A stretch of DNA of 64,000 nt, from contig ML992502.1 in NCBI GenBank assembly GCA_010093995.1, forward strand, positions 382,760 to 446,759, written 5' to 3'. Position 1 is the first letter of the stretch; every line of letters starts with the position of its first letter. Source of the stretch: Elsinoe ampelina. Taxonomy: Eukaryota. A model generated the notes under the pieces. It did no database searches. It saw nothing but the letters and a program-made list of their open reading frames with translations, and was not told the origin of the DNA. This document shows positions 45,479-56,813 of the stretch, piece after piece. Position numbers and translations under genes: made by a program.

Positions 45479-48433
45479 ATGGCAGATCGTTTCTCCAAGT
45501 CGGCGGCCCTCATGGGTCTGCTGGTCCCATTTGTCCACGCAGCTCCTGTGGACCAAGTCGCTGCTCCCGCGACTTGCTCTGCTGCTGCCACCTCGATCGC
45601 CTCTGCCCTCAAGGCCAACCCGACAGCCGATGCACTGTGTGCTAAGCTTCTCAACCTTGACAACCGTGTTGTCACTACCACTGTCACCCCTGACACTGGT
45701 TTCACCTCCACCACTGTGGTACCACTTGTGACAGACACCCTCACTGTCACTGCACCGACCTCTCTGGTCACGGTTACCGCCACCGTCGAGACCTGTACCG
45801 AGTTGCAGAAGCGCGCCGCTCCCACCAACATCCGCAAGGCCATCAAGAGCAAGGCCATCAAGAGCAAGGCCAAAAGCAAGCTTGCCAGCAAGGTCAAGAG
45901 CGCCAAGGGCTCAAAGATCACCAAGCTGCCCAAGGTCACCGGCAAGAAGTCCAAGAAGGCCGGCATCAAGACTGCGAAGAACAACCTTGCCACCAAGGTC
46001 AAGAGCGTCAAGGGTACCAAGAAGGTTCTCCCAACCACTTCAGCCGGTCACAAGAAGAAGGTCGTCAGCAAGGTCAAGTCGGCAGCTTCCAAGATCGCCT
46101 CCAAGGTCAAGAGCGTCAACGGTGCTTCCATCACCTTCGGTGCTGGCTCTGGTATTGCTCAGGGTACCAAGGTCTCTGCTGGTGTCCCCGGTGTGATCAC
46201 TGCCTCTGCTGAGATCGGTGTCACTCAGACCATCTCCATCTCCGGCAAGGTCTACGTTACTGTCATCACACCATCGGTCCGCCCTACCATCTCTTCGGTC
46301 TTCAACGGTATTCGCACCATTCAGCCTCCTGCTGTCACCACCCCGGCTCCCAACTTCGACCTGCTCTCCTGCAAGTCCGCCCCTGCTGAGCTTCAGGCCA
46401 ACCCTTGTGAACTGATCGGACAGGCCTGCGGTTGTGCCAGCCTTCCTGCTAGCCAGGCTATCACTGTCACAGCTTTCCCCGCCAGTGTCCCTACCATCAC
46501 TCGCTACAACAGCATCGCCATCACCTACACCTCCGTTCCTCTTGCCTCCACTACCGTCACCATCACCGCTACTGGCTGCCCTTCGGTCCCTCAGCCGACC
46601 GCTGGCTCTGGTGATTCCAACCCACCCCAGCCAGGTGATGACGACCCGGCCGACCCTGAGGACGATGGTGATGACAACGATGGCGATGACAACGATGGCG
46701 ATGACAACGATGGCGATGACAACGATGGTGATGAGGACGAAGACACCGAGGAAGAGAACGCCCCCACTACCCGCCAGGCCGTTGTTGCTCCCACTCCAGC
46801 TGTCTCCACCTCTGCCCTGACCACTCCTGCCCCTGCCGTCCCCACCGCCTGCGACAACTGGGGTGTTGAGTGGGCTGTCTACAGCATTGCCAACTCCATC
46901 ATGGGTAACCAGAAGCGTCAACTCCCCATCGGCATCGACACTGGTGTCGGCAGCTCCGGCAACGGTGTCGCCAATGGTGGCGTTTCCATCTACACTAGCG
47001 AGATCAAGGCTACTGCTTCCGCCGCAGCCGCTGGTGCTCGCAGCTCCGCCGTCGCCATTGTCACCACTGTCTCCGGCAAGGTCGTCACTCTTACCAGCTA
47101 TGTCGCCGTCCAGGCTACCAATGCTGTCAGCTCTGCCAACTCTCTCGGTGGCTTCCTGACGTCTGTCGCTGGCGCTGCTCAGGCTTCTGCTGCTGCTGGT
47201 GTCTCTTCTCTCCGCGCGGATGTCAATGGCCAGGTCTCTTCCGGTATCTCCAATGCTGGTGCGATCCGCGCTTCTGCCACCTCGATCGTCGGTGATGTTC
47301 GCGCCTCTGCTACATCCATCGTCGGTGCTGCTCAGGCTTCCGCTGCTGCTGGTGTCTCGTCTCTTCGTGGTGATATAAACGGCCAGGTCTCTTCCGGCAT
47401 CTCCAACGCTGGCGCCATCAGAGCCTCAGCCACCTCGATCGTCGGTGATATTCGCGCCTCGGCTACCTCAATTGTTGGTGACATCCGCTCCTCGGCCATT
47501 TCCATCGTTGGTGATGCTCAGGCTTCTGCCAATGGCCTCCGCAGCTCTGTCATCGCTGGTGCCGGTGCTGCCACCTCCGCCATCCGCGCCTCTGTCACCT
47601 CAATCGTCAACGATGTCCAGCAGTCTGCTGGCGCCATCCGCTCATCTGCCATCTCGATCATCGGTGATGCTCAGGCCTCAGCCGGTGGTCTCCGCAGCTC
47701 TGGTATCTCCACCGCCGGTGCCATCACCTCCGCTGCCCGAGGCACCGCCACCTCCATCGTGAACGATGCTCAAGCTACCGTCTCTGGCGTCCGCGGCTCT
47801 GCCAACGCCGGTGTTGCCGGCGCCCAGAGCACCATCTCCTCCATCCAAGCCGCCGCCACCTCCCTCCGCGGCGAGATACCCGCTCAAATCGCCTCCGCCC
47901 GCGCCGCCGTCCAGACCACCATCCTCGGCGTCCAATCCGACGCTCTCGCCCGCCTCACCCCCGTCGTCTCCGGCATCTCCGGCGGCGCCGACAACGCCAA
48001 AGACACCGCCACATCCGCCCCCAGCGTCGTCGACGCCCTCAAGACCAACGGCACCGCCCTCGTCCAACGTGCCTACCTCCTCGCCCCCGAAACCGGCACG
48101 TACACCTTCCTCCTCAAGTCCGCGGCCGACCAGGCCCTCCTCTGGGTCGGCGCCGCCGCCACCCGCGCTTTCTCCGACGCCAACGTCGTCTGCGTCGCCA
48201 ACCTCCTGACTCAGGGAACGTGCTCGTACGTCGTCGATCTCCAGCAGGGCGATTACCTGCCCTACAAGGTCCTTCTTGAGCACGGTACCGGCAAGTTGAA
48301 CGACTTTGACTTTACTGTCTCGGGTCCTGGGGGGAACATCATTCAGAACAACGTCAATGTCATGCCGCAGAATGTGGTCCGCTTCGGGTGCAGTGAAGAT
48401 GCGGTTATGGCGCCGGTTTTGGCGAGGCTGTAG
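45479..48433 (+). CDS. Secreted repeat-rich adhesin/flocculin-like protein with a C-terminal PA14/GLEYA-like domain
   Basis: Signal peptide, Thr/Val-rich stalks, KR sites, internal repeats, and C-terminal RAYLLAPETGTYTF..ADQALLWVG..GDYLPYKV..V.FGC. Confidence 0.75.
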   Translation: MADRFSKSAALMGLLVPFVHAAPVDQVAAPATCSAAATSIASALKANPTADALCAKLLNLDNRVVTTTVTPDTGFTSTTVVPLVTDTLTVTAPTSLVTVTATVETCTELQKRAAPTNIRKAIKSKAIKSKAKSKLASKVKSAKGSKITKLPKVTGKKSKKAGIKTAKNNLATKVKSVKGTKKVLPTTSAGHKKKVVSKVKSAASKIASKVKSVNGASITFGAGSGIAQGTKVSAGVPGVITASAEIGVTQTISISGKVYVTVITPSVRPTISSVFNGIRTIQPPAVTTPAPNFDLLSCKSAPAELQANPCELIGQACGCASLPASQAITVTAFPASVPTITRYNSIAITYTSVPLASTTVTITATGCPSVPQPTAGSGDSNPPQPGDDDPADPEDDGDDNDGDDNDGDDNDGDDNDGDEDEDTEEENAPTTRQAVVAPTPAVSTSALTTPAPAVPTACDNWGVEWAVYSIANSIMGNQKRQLPIGIDTGVGSSGNGVANGGVSIYTSEIKATASAAAAGARSSAVAIVTTVSGKVVTLTSYVAVQATNAVSSANSLGGFLTSVAGAAQASAAAGVSSLRADVNGQVSSGISNAGAIRASATSIVGDVRASATSIVGAAQASAAAGVSSLRGDINGQVSSGISNAGAIRASATSIVGDIRASATSIVGDIRSSAISIVGDAQASANGLRSSVIAGAGAATSAIRASVTSIVNDVQQSAGAIRSSAISIIGDAQASAGGLRSSGISTAGAITSAARGTATSIVNDAQATVSGVRGSANAGVAGAQSTISSIQAAATSLRGEIPAQIASARAAVQTTILGVQSDALARLTPVVSGISGGADNAKDTATSAPSVVDALKTNGTALVQRAYLLAPETGTYTFLLKSAADQALLWVGAAATRAFSDANVVCVANLLTQGTCSYVVDLQQGDYLPYKVLLEHGTGKLNDFDFTVSGPGGNIIQNNVNVMPQNVVRFGCSEDAVMAPVLARL
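46670..46729 (+). repeat. Four 15-bp tandem repeats (GATGACAACGATGGC) encoding (DDNDG)4
   Basis: Directly visible. Confidence 0.9.
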
Positions 48434-48915
48434 ATTGGGAAAGAAGGGGATGATTGGGATTTGTGGGAGGGATAATTGATAATGCCCATTGATTGGGATA
48501 GTATATAGTACATAGTAGTAATAGTAATACAATAATTTACCTCCTCGGATACACTTTGGGTGCCATTTGCTTTGACTTTATACTCATGGCCAAATCGGCG
48601 TGACACTCTCCAGTCTAAATGAGTGATTTCATGGCCTTGTCAATACCACTTGGTACTATCAAGACCAGCCTGGCGGTCCGGCAGGTTCTGCACTCTGTAG
48701 AATACCGTGCAGCATGGTGTCGATTTCTACTAGAACTTCTATCAAAGAGGCTACACATGCTTCGTCGTTGACTTATTAGCCAGCATCCGGCAACGCTCAC
48801 TCCATGCATGATCATCACTCGATCTCTCACACCCCTGAACCAACCTACCCACCATCCCGATAGACCCCTCATCCACTCCCCTGTCCCTTCCAATCGATAG
48901 TCCCCCCTAATCCGA

Positions 48916-51630
48916 TCAAAGCTTCGTACAAACCCACGTACTCGCGTACATATTCACCCTAACCAAGTCAGCACACTCCCTCCCATCCCCTCCCATCCCC
49001 AAGGGATATAACCGTCTACTCACCGATCCACAACCGTCCCGGGAGGGCACCTCCCCCCTACCCTCTTACACCCAAACCCCCCCTCCTCAAACACCGATAT
49101 ATACCACGGCCTCAACCCCGCACTCCTGAGCAGCACCCTCCCGCCCCTCTTCAACGCCCTCCTGACCACCCCCACCTGCCTCCCCGCCTCCTCCCCCCCG
49201 GGGTCGAACCAGTCCATACTATCCATCAAAACAGCAATCGTCAGCGTCTCGTCCTGCATGCGGCCGAAAACCTCGGCCAGTTCGTCAGTGTGTATCCTCA
49301 GCCCGTCGAAAGCACGGGGGCAAGACAGGCGGAGGTGGGACTTGGGGGAGAGGTAGGTTGGGTGGCATCGTGGGGTGTAATGGCCGAGTAGGCAGAGGAG
49401 GTAGTAGTGGTTGTCCTCCGAGAGGAGGGATTGGTGCGCGATGGGGTCGAGGGTTTGTACGCCGTATTCCCAGATTGCTTGGCCTGATTTAATCCCGGCT
49501 GCGGGAGAGGGCAAGGTGGGGGGTGTAGGGGAGGGGGAGGGGGAGAGGGAGGGGATGGAGGCTGGGGAGCGGACGGGGGAGGAGGGCGGGGAGGAGGAGG
49601 GGGAGGAAGAGGGGGAGGAAGAGGCGCCACACGATGAGCCGGGAATTGTTGGGAGAATAGCGGTGGTGGACACGGCATCCTGCGTCGCGAGAAAGTCGGA
49701 CTCGATCATGTCCCTTTGCGCCTGCGGGACGCCGAGGGCTTTCCAGAGAAACTTCTCCGTGCCGACGACGGTGTAGGCGAGGAGGCGCGAGAGGAGGACG
49801 CGGCGGACGCGTTTGGTCCAGATTTCGCGCTGCTCGGCGAGGGTAGGGGCTGAGGCGAGAGCGTGGAGGTCGGCGGTGATGCCGAGGAGGCGGCCGAGGT
49901 AGCGCACGAGGTTGAGGGCGTGGCGGGAGCCGCCGGTGAAGTAGAGACCCGGGGAGGTGGAGGAGAAGATGGTGGGCCCTTTGTGGAGCCAGTAGTCGAA
50001 GGCTTGGGTGGAGAGGTGGGGGGAGAGGTGGTTGATGAGGAGGGAGGTGAAGTCCGGGTGCTTGCCTTCGCCGAAGAGTTTCCAGACGTCTTGGTAGGGG
50101 AGGGCCGTGAAGGCGGCGACTTTGAGTTCGAGGAGGTGGTTTTGATTAGGGTTGAGGTCGACGGCGTGGATTCGTTTCGGCTTTTCGAGGGCGTAGGAGA
50201 GGATGTTGTCGCCGGCGGAGGTGATGGCGAGGACCACGTCTTCTGAGGTGATCTTAAGCAGTCGGGCGTCGGCGCGGGCGTCTTCCCAGGTGAAGGCATA
50301 GATATATTCGTCGCCGAACTGCTTGTGCTTTTGTAGAGACTCATCATAGTACACACGCCAGTGATGTTGTTGGTACCAGGCCGAAGGAAGTGGTAGAGAT
50401 GCTGCAAGGTTGACAATGGCGGACTCGTAAGCCTTGGAGTGGCGCTCGAGAGAAGACGACCTGCGGGACTTTTGTGTCTTCTTACGCTGGACATCGAGAG
50501 CTGAGATGAATGGTGACTCTGTCACAGCAGCATCAATAGCTGCCAGGTTCGACAGAGAAGACTTTGTCTGCTTTGCGCAACCAATCCAGATGTAGTATGG
50601 AATGCGGAAGCCGAAGAAATGGTTGCGGGCGTTTGTGCTGAGAATGGTGCCGAACTTGTATTCGAGGTAGTCCTGTGGTATATTAGTGAGACTCTTTCCC
50701 TGTGTCAAAGTGCCTACTCACCCTTCGTGCAGCCTCCAGATTGACCCTGTCAGCCTCGAACCATGTCCGCCAGAACACTCTGCTGATCCACATACAGTGC
50801 CTATCAATGATGCCACCGGCATAGTTTCGACTCTGGAACTCCACTTGGCTCTGGACATAAAAGTCCACAACACCCATGACTCCGTTCGGCGCCACAAGAT
50901 TTGCCAAAGAGTCGATGACTGGATGAAACTCTGGTATCATGGACAAGCTGTAGCTCATAGTGAGCACATCGGCGTAGACCTTCTTGCCCGCCTCGGCGTC
51001 ATCGTATCCACTTCCACCAAGACTGAAGACCGCCTTGTCTTCGTCCACGCCAGCCTCGTACTCTGCGAGCCTGAATGTCCTTGCGTCCTGGCAGACGACT
51101 CTGACGTTCTTCCAGCCTAGTCTCTCGAATCGTGCCTTGGCTACTTCGCACAAGGAAGGGGAGAGGTCCACCAGATATACGGCGTGGAAGAACTTGTCGA
51201 CGGGTAGGAAAGCCCCCATCTGCTCGATGTTCCACCCTGTACCGCCTCCGACGTCGACCCAGATGGGCTTCTTCGGGAGTGCGCCGCTAGCTGCTTGGTA
51301 TTTCACTTGAGCCGCGACCAAGCCCAGCATGGTCTCACGACCATCGAGGAGTCTGGATCGTGTAGCGTCATAGATACCAGCCTGGCTCTTGTAGAAGCTC
51401 TCCAGGGCGTCCTGCTGGCTGCCCGTGTCGTCACCAGTGTGCGGCTTGAAGAAGCAGTTCCACGCAAAGCGCGAGTAGGTGCGGAAACCAGCGTACACCT
51501 TCTGGATCGTTTCGAGCTCAGTGAACGAGAGGGTGAAGTAAGTGAGGACAACGAGCACAAGAAGGATAGTAGCGAGAGAGATCTGAGGGATCGCAGGCAG
51601 CGACACCCGTGGAAGGGTGAAGAGATCCAT
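48916..51630 (-). CDS. BTA1: Betaine lipid (DGTS) synthase, fused methyltransferase and DUF3419 domains; exons 51630-50722, 50672-49024, 48958-48916
   Basis: QQDALESFY..QA..YDATR, WVDVGGGTG, YIYAFTWED, ITSAGDN, DLNPNQNHLLELK, MDSMDWF and DR|VNMYASTW. Confidence 0.92.
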
Positions 51631-52328
51631 GGTTGCGTTGAAGCAAGCGAGGAGAAGCGACAAGACGAAGACTGTATGTACAGAGAGAAACTTACAAAAG
51701 AGAACGACGGAGGGGCAGCCGGGCAGGGTCACAGGTATATCTTCTCCGCCTCACGCCCACGACAGCGAGACACGCCTCAACACAGACCAGTAGCTGATCA
51801 CAAGTCCGGAATTGAGTTGAGAGTCATCAACTGCCCGGGTGACCTTTCATGTCAATCCATAGCGGGGTTCTTTGTTGACTGGCGGCTTGCCCCTCCTGTC
51901 TCAATGGGAATTCAACGGATGCCCCTCCAAGATCTGCTAGAAAGCAACGACGAAGATCAGTACGAGGGGTCCATGCGAGTCGTGAAAGGGACAGACGTCG
52001 TTGTTAAGGTTGGCCTATAGGAGATCAGAATCTGCTGGCATGTCAGGTCCTTGCGGTCCCTGAGGGGTGGTTGCAGGTCTGGAAGCGCCGATAAGTTTGG
52101 AGCGAGATGCAAGTCATTACGACCTATTTGGGTAGGCTGTGGACGTCTACCGGACAAGAGAAACGCGTGGGTGATGACGAGAGCCTATAGGATGATGAAT
52201 ATGTCGAGCGTGGATGGCATCAGTGGTGCAAGGGCAAAAAGAGATTCGTGGGATGAAGTTGAGGACAGACAGGTTGGAGGTCGACCAATCAGAATGTTGC
52301 ACTCCAACACATGGCATCACCATCTTCG

Positions 52329-52334
52329 CACGTG
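52329..52334. promoter_or_regulatory. Candidate Pho4/NUC-1 E-box upstream of BTA1
   Basis: CACGTG about 700 bp upstream of the BTA1 ATG. It is a single 6-mer, so the evidence is weak. Confidence 0.3.
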
Positions 52335-52816
52335 GAGATGCGGACTGATGAAACAGTGCAGAGCTTGTGCTCGTGCCCTGCCGGTAGAGTTGCATTTCGT
52401 GGGGGCAAGGAAGGGATAGGAAGCTCAAGAAGCATTGCTTCAATACTGGACCGTTGTATGGGCATGATGGAACGCCACGTTCAATTCTCATGTCCTGTTG
52501 AAGCGCCTACACAGGCATCTCATGTTGAATCTATTTCCCCTCATCTACTTGTAGTTGCAGCCCCATACATTCCACTATTCGTAGATCTGCTATATCCAAA
52601 CGCCTGTACTGGCCATACCTCTACTGATAACGAAACGCTCAAAGAACGGTTGAAGTTCCCTCCCAAATGGCTCCAGGATAATGTCCGTGTTGAAAGTCAA
52701 GCCTTGAACGCCTTCGCATATGCCATGTGTTCATCTGTTGCTTTGCAGCGAGATGACCCAAGCTCCATCATATGGTTGTTGAAATTCGTAAGCGGCGTGT
52801 TGAGCGTCTTTCGAGC

Positions 52817-55800
52817 TCAAGTGGGCATTGGCGCGGCGACTCCAGTCATGCCATCGATGGTCTCGACCGGTGCGCATGTGCAGAAGAGGTTCATGTCACC
52901 GTAGGCTGTCGCATGTTAGTAACAAGGTCGACCACATTCATTGTATCGCACTCACCATCATCCAGCCTAGTGACACTGGGCCAGAACTTCTTCTCCTTCA
53001 GCCACGGCAACGGGTATGCTGCCTTCTCGCGGCTGTATGCCCTGTCCCAGTCGCCCACGATGAGATCCTTAGCACTGTGCGGGGCCATCTTCAGAACATT
53101 ACCCTGCTTGGGCTGCTTCCCTGCCTCGACCTCTGCAATTTCCTGTCTAATGCTGATGAGTGCGTCGCAGAATCTGTCCAACTCCTCCTTGCTTTCGGAT
53201 TCGGTAGGCTCGATCATCAGAGTGTTGGCGACTGGCCAGCTCATAGTCGGAGCGTGGAAGCCGTAGTCTTGTAGACGCTTAGCAACGTCAATGGCCTCAA
53301 CGCCACAGGTCTCCTTAAATTTCCGGACGTCCAAGATGAACTCGTGAGCGCAGCGGCCTTCGTCATTGGTGTATAAGATGGGGTAATGTGGCTTCAGACG
53401 AGCCAGGATGTAGTTAGCGTTGAGGAGAGTAATTTTTGTCGCGTGTGTGATGCCACGAGCACCCATCATCTTGATGTACGACCAGCTGATGGGAAGAATG
53501 CTTGCGCTACCCCACGGAGCACCACTCACTGGCGCAGAGGCCTTCTCGCCGCCAGTCTTGACTAGGGGATGGCCGGGCAGGAATGGTGCGAGGTGCTTAG
53601 CAACACCAATGGGACCAACACCTGGACCGCCACCTCCGTGAGGAATACAGAATGTCTTGTGAAGGTTGAGATGGCAAACGTCCGCGCCAATTTCACCTGG
53701 TGAGCAAAGACCAATCTGAGCGTTCATGTTCGCACCATCCATGTAAACTTGTCCGCCATGTTGATGTACAAGATCGCACGCCTCCTTGACTTTTGGCTCG
53801 AAGACACCAAAGGTGGAAGGATATGTGATCATAATTGCGCCGAGCTCCTCACTATACTTCTCGCACTTCGCCTTGAGATCTGCCATGTCGAGGTTACCGG
53901 TCTCGGTGTCGCATTTGATAGTGACGACTCGCATGCCAGCCATGGCTGCACTCGCGGGGTTGGTACCATGAGCAGAGACCGGGATTAGGCAGATGTCCCG
54001 CTTCTTGCCCGGCTGCTGCTCTTGATACTTTCGGATCACGCGAAGACCGGTAAATTCACCTTGTGCTCCGGAGTTGGGCTGAAGCGACACAGCAGCGAAG
54101 CCAGTGATTTCGGCCAGGTCGTCTTCGAGCTCTTTGATCATGGTTCTATACCCGACAGTCTGATCTTCGGGAGCAAATGGATGAATAAGGGCGAATTCTG
54201 GCCAGGTGACTGGCACCATCTCCGTAGTGGCGTTGAGTTTCATGGTGCACGACCCTAGCGGAATCATCGAATGGACGAGAGAGAGATCCTTGGACTGCAG
54301 GTGGTGCATGTAACGGAGGATCTCCGTCTCAGAGTGATGTGATCGGAAGACAGGATGGGTGAGGTAGTCAGACTGCCGCTGTAATTCACTCGGGATATTT
54401 GCGAGCGCATCTTCGGTCGACACACCAATGTCAGCGGCGATCTTGGTGACAGCCAGCTCGGATGCCTTCTGCTGCGACGGTGCTTCCTTGGCAAGGACTG
54501 CAATGATATCTGCAATGTCTTTCTCGTCCACGGTTTCATCAAGCGTCAGACCGATAGTCTCTTCGTCTATCCGGCGGACATTGATTGCGGACTGATTTTG
54601 TAGTAGTGGGCCCTCCTTGCGAATGATCACAGTGTCGAAGAAGGTTTTGCCGATGTACTCATCTCTGCTGGTGCTGTATCCGAGTCTTTTCGCAGCTTCC
54701 TCCACCACTCTGGCGCTGTTCATGACTTTATGGGCAATTCTTCGGAGTCCATCAGGCCCGTGGTAGACGGCGTACATGGCGCTCATATTAGCCAGCAGAG
54801 CTTGAGCTGTGCAGATATTGCTGGTGGCCTTTTCTCTGCGAATGTGCTGCTCACGTGTCTGGAGAGCCAAACGGGCGGCATTATCCCCTAGGCGATCCTT
54901 GGACAGACCGATCAAGCGACCGGGGATCTTACGCTTGTGCTTGTCGTTGCAGGCGAAGAAAGCGGCGTGTGGTCCTCCGAAGCCAAATGGAACACCAAAG
55001 CGTTGGGCATTTCCGAAAGCGATGTCTGCTCCGAACTCGCCAGGAGGTGTAAGGACAGTCAATGCTAGCAGATCTGTGGCGACGCTCAGAGTGCTCTTGT
55101 GTTGATGAACCTTATCTGCCAGTTGCTTGAAGTTCATGACACCGCCATATGTGTCCGGGTATTGAACAAGGACACCTAGAAGATCCTCCCCAAGCTCATC
55201 CACCCTCTTACTGCTTCCCTCAAGCACATCCCCGACCTCGATCTTGATACCGAAACCTTGAGCACGCGACTCCAGCACTGCAATAGTCTGCGGGTGGCAC
55301 AGATGTGAGACCAAGAATGTCTTGTTTGGCCGCTTCTGGCGGGCTGCTGAGAGTGCGTTCATGGACATGGTCATGGCTTCTGCTGCGGCAGTAGGCTCGT
55401 CCAGTACCGATGCGTTGGAGATTGCCAACCCCGTCAAGTCGGAGACCATGGTCTGGAAGTTCAGGAGAGACTCCAGCCGACCTTGACTGATTTCAGGCTG
55501 GTATGGGGTGTAGCTGGTGTACCATGCAGGGTTCTCCAGGATATTCCTCTTGATTACCTCGGGCACCATAGTCCCCGCGTATCCAGTACCGATATAGCTC
55601 TTGACAACCTTGTTCTGCTGGGCAATCTCCTTGAGTCGCGTGAGGAGTTGACTCTCTGAGAATCCATCTTGCAAATCCCCCTCAGGACCTTCAATCTTGA
55701 GATTCTTGCTTGAGAGAATGTCTGCTGGCAGAACTTGCTTGACGAACTCGTCCAGGGATCTGGCGGGGGGATCCAGAGCCTCGAGCATAAGTTCGGCATC

Positions 55801-56088
55801 GCTGGTAGAGGGACCAATATGGCGGCGGGGGAATGTGTCTAGCGGTGCGAATGCATTCTTCGGGTTTTCGAGCTTTGCGACTGCAGGATCTACAGCCTGT
55901 TCGTCTGCTGCCGATGTCTGGTAGAAGCTCTGTGGCTTGGTCGAGGTTGCAAGGAGTCGAACGCGTCGGCATGTTGGGGTCGTCCGAGGGTGGAGGTGAG
56001 TTGTTCTGCTCAACGACGCGCGGGACGATGACGATGTCCTGCTGTACAATAGAGGCAGCCGCCTCAAGATTGTTGTCGCCGCCGCCAT
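52817..56088 (-). CDS. GCV2: Glycine dehydrogenase (glycine cleavage P protein), mitochondrial; exons 56088-52956, 52905-52817
   Basis: FPRRHIGP, YTPYQPEISQGRLE, REKATSNICTAQ, MIPLGSCTMKLN, the PLP lysine motif LNLHKTF, and DD|AYGDMNLFCTC. Confidence 0.97.
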
Positions 56089-56813
56089 TCTGCTTGTCGT
56101 TCAAGGAAGCGAGCGAAAAGGACTGGGGTTCCGAGATCAAAAGAATGGCATCGGAGTTTTACTTGGCGATTGAGTAAATAGGGTATTCTTTGGAGGGGCA
56201 AAGAGGATGCTCCGACTCGGCTTACCACGGGGTATAATAGAAAGAGCTTGACGAGGATTGTAGAATTGTACAAGAAGTTATAATGTACTTGTCACGTCGA
56301 AGTACTACCAGACTTGTTCACAGTCCTGGACAAGGCGCGTGGCCATGGCTTATTTTGTCCAGATAACGAAATTGAGTCCCATCCATGGTGACCGAAACCC
56401 TCGGAACTTGTCAAGCTCACAGATTTGGTGGTAGTTAAACTAATTGCTTGATCGGTTTGCATCGGCTCAGATCCGTCAACAATTATTCTTCATATCTCGG
56501 TGGGCAGGCATGACCTTTGTCATATTGGATTTGGATGCGTTGCAGGTTTGTTCTGTTCGCCTAAGCTACAGGACTCCTATCCCTCGCGCTCAAGCTATTC
56601 GTTTCTCAGGCAAAGTTGGTCTTTACCTCGTTTTCTTATCACGAAATTGGACCGGCAAGCTCTCCGTACCTTTCTAAACTCACCTCAGGTACTCCAAAAG
56701 CCGGGTCGGGGTTTTGATCGCCCGGATTGCGTTTCCTGACTAGGTAAAATCCCTCGGCGTTGGAGTCCGTCCTTCTGGAGCTCGCCCTTAGGGCTTGTTA
56801 GGATATCGTTGTA

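Noticed and set aside
46670..47760. CRISPR-like or transposon-derived repeat array
   Set aside because: The repeats are in-frame coding repeats without unique spacers, in a eukaryotic context.
28014..56088. Glycine-themed cluster (GlyRS plus GCV2)
   Set aside because: The two genes are about 23 kb apart with many unrelated genes between them.
56560..56813. Specific call as an HDV-like or hammerhead ribozyme, RNase P/MRP or telomerase RNA
   Set aside because: Only a partial HDV resemblance (P1 and a CCCTCG loop) with no P2 3' strand. The CUGANGA core, CR-I/CR-V and telomeric template were not found.
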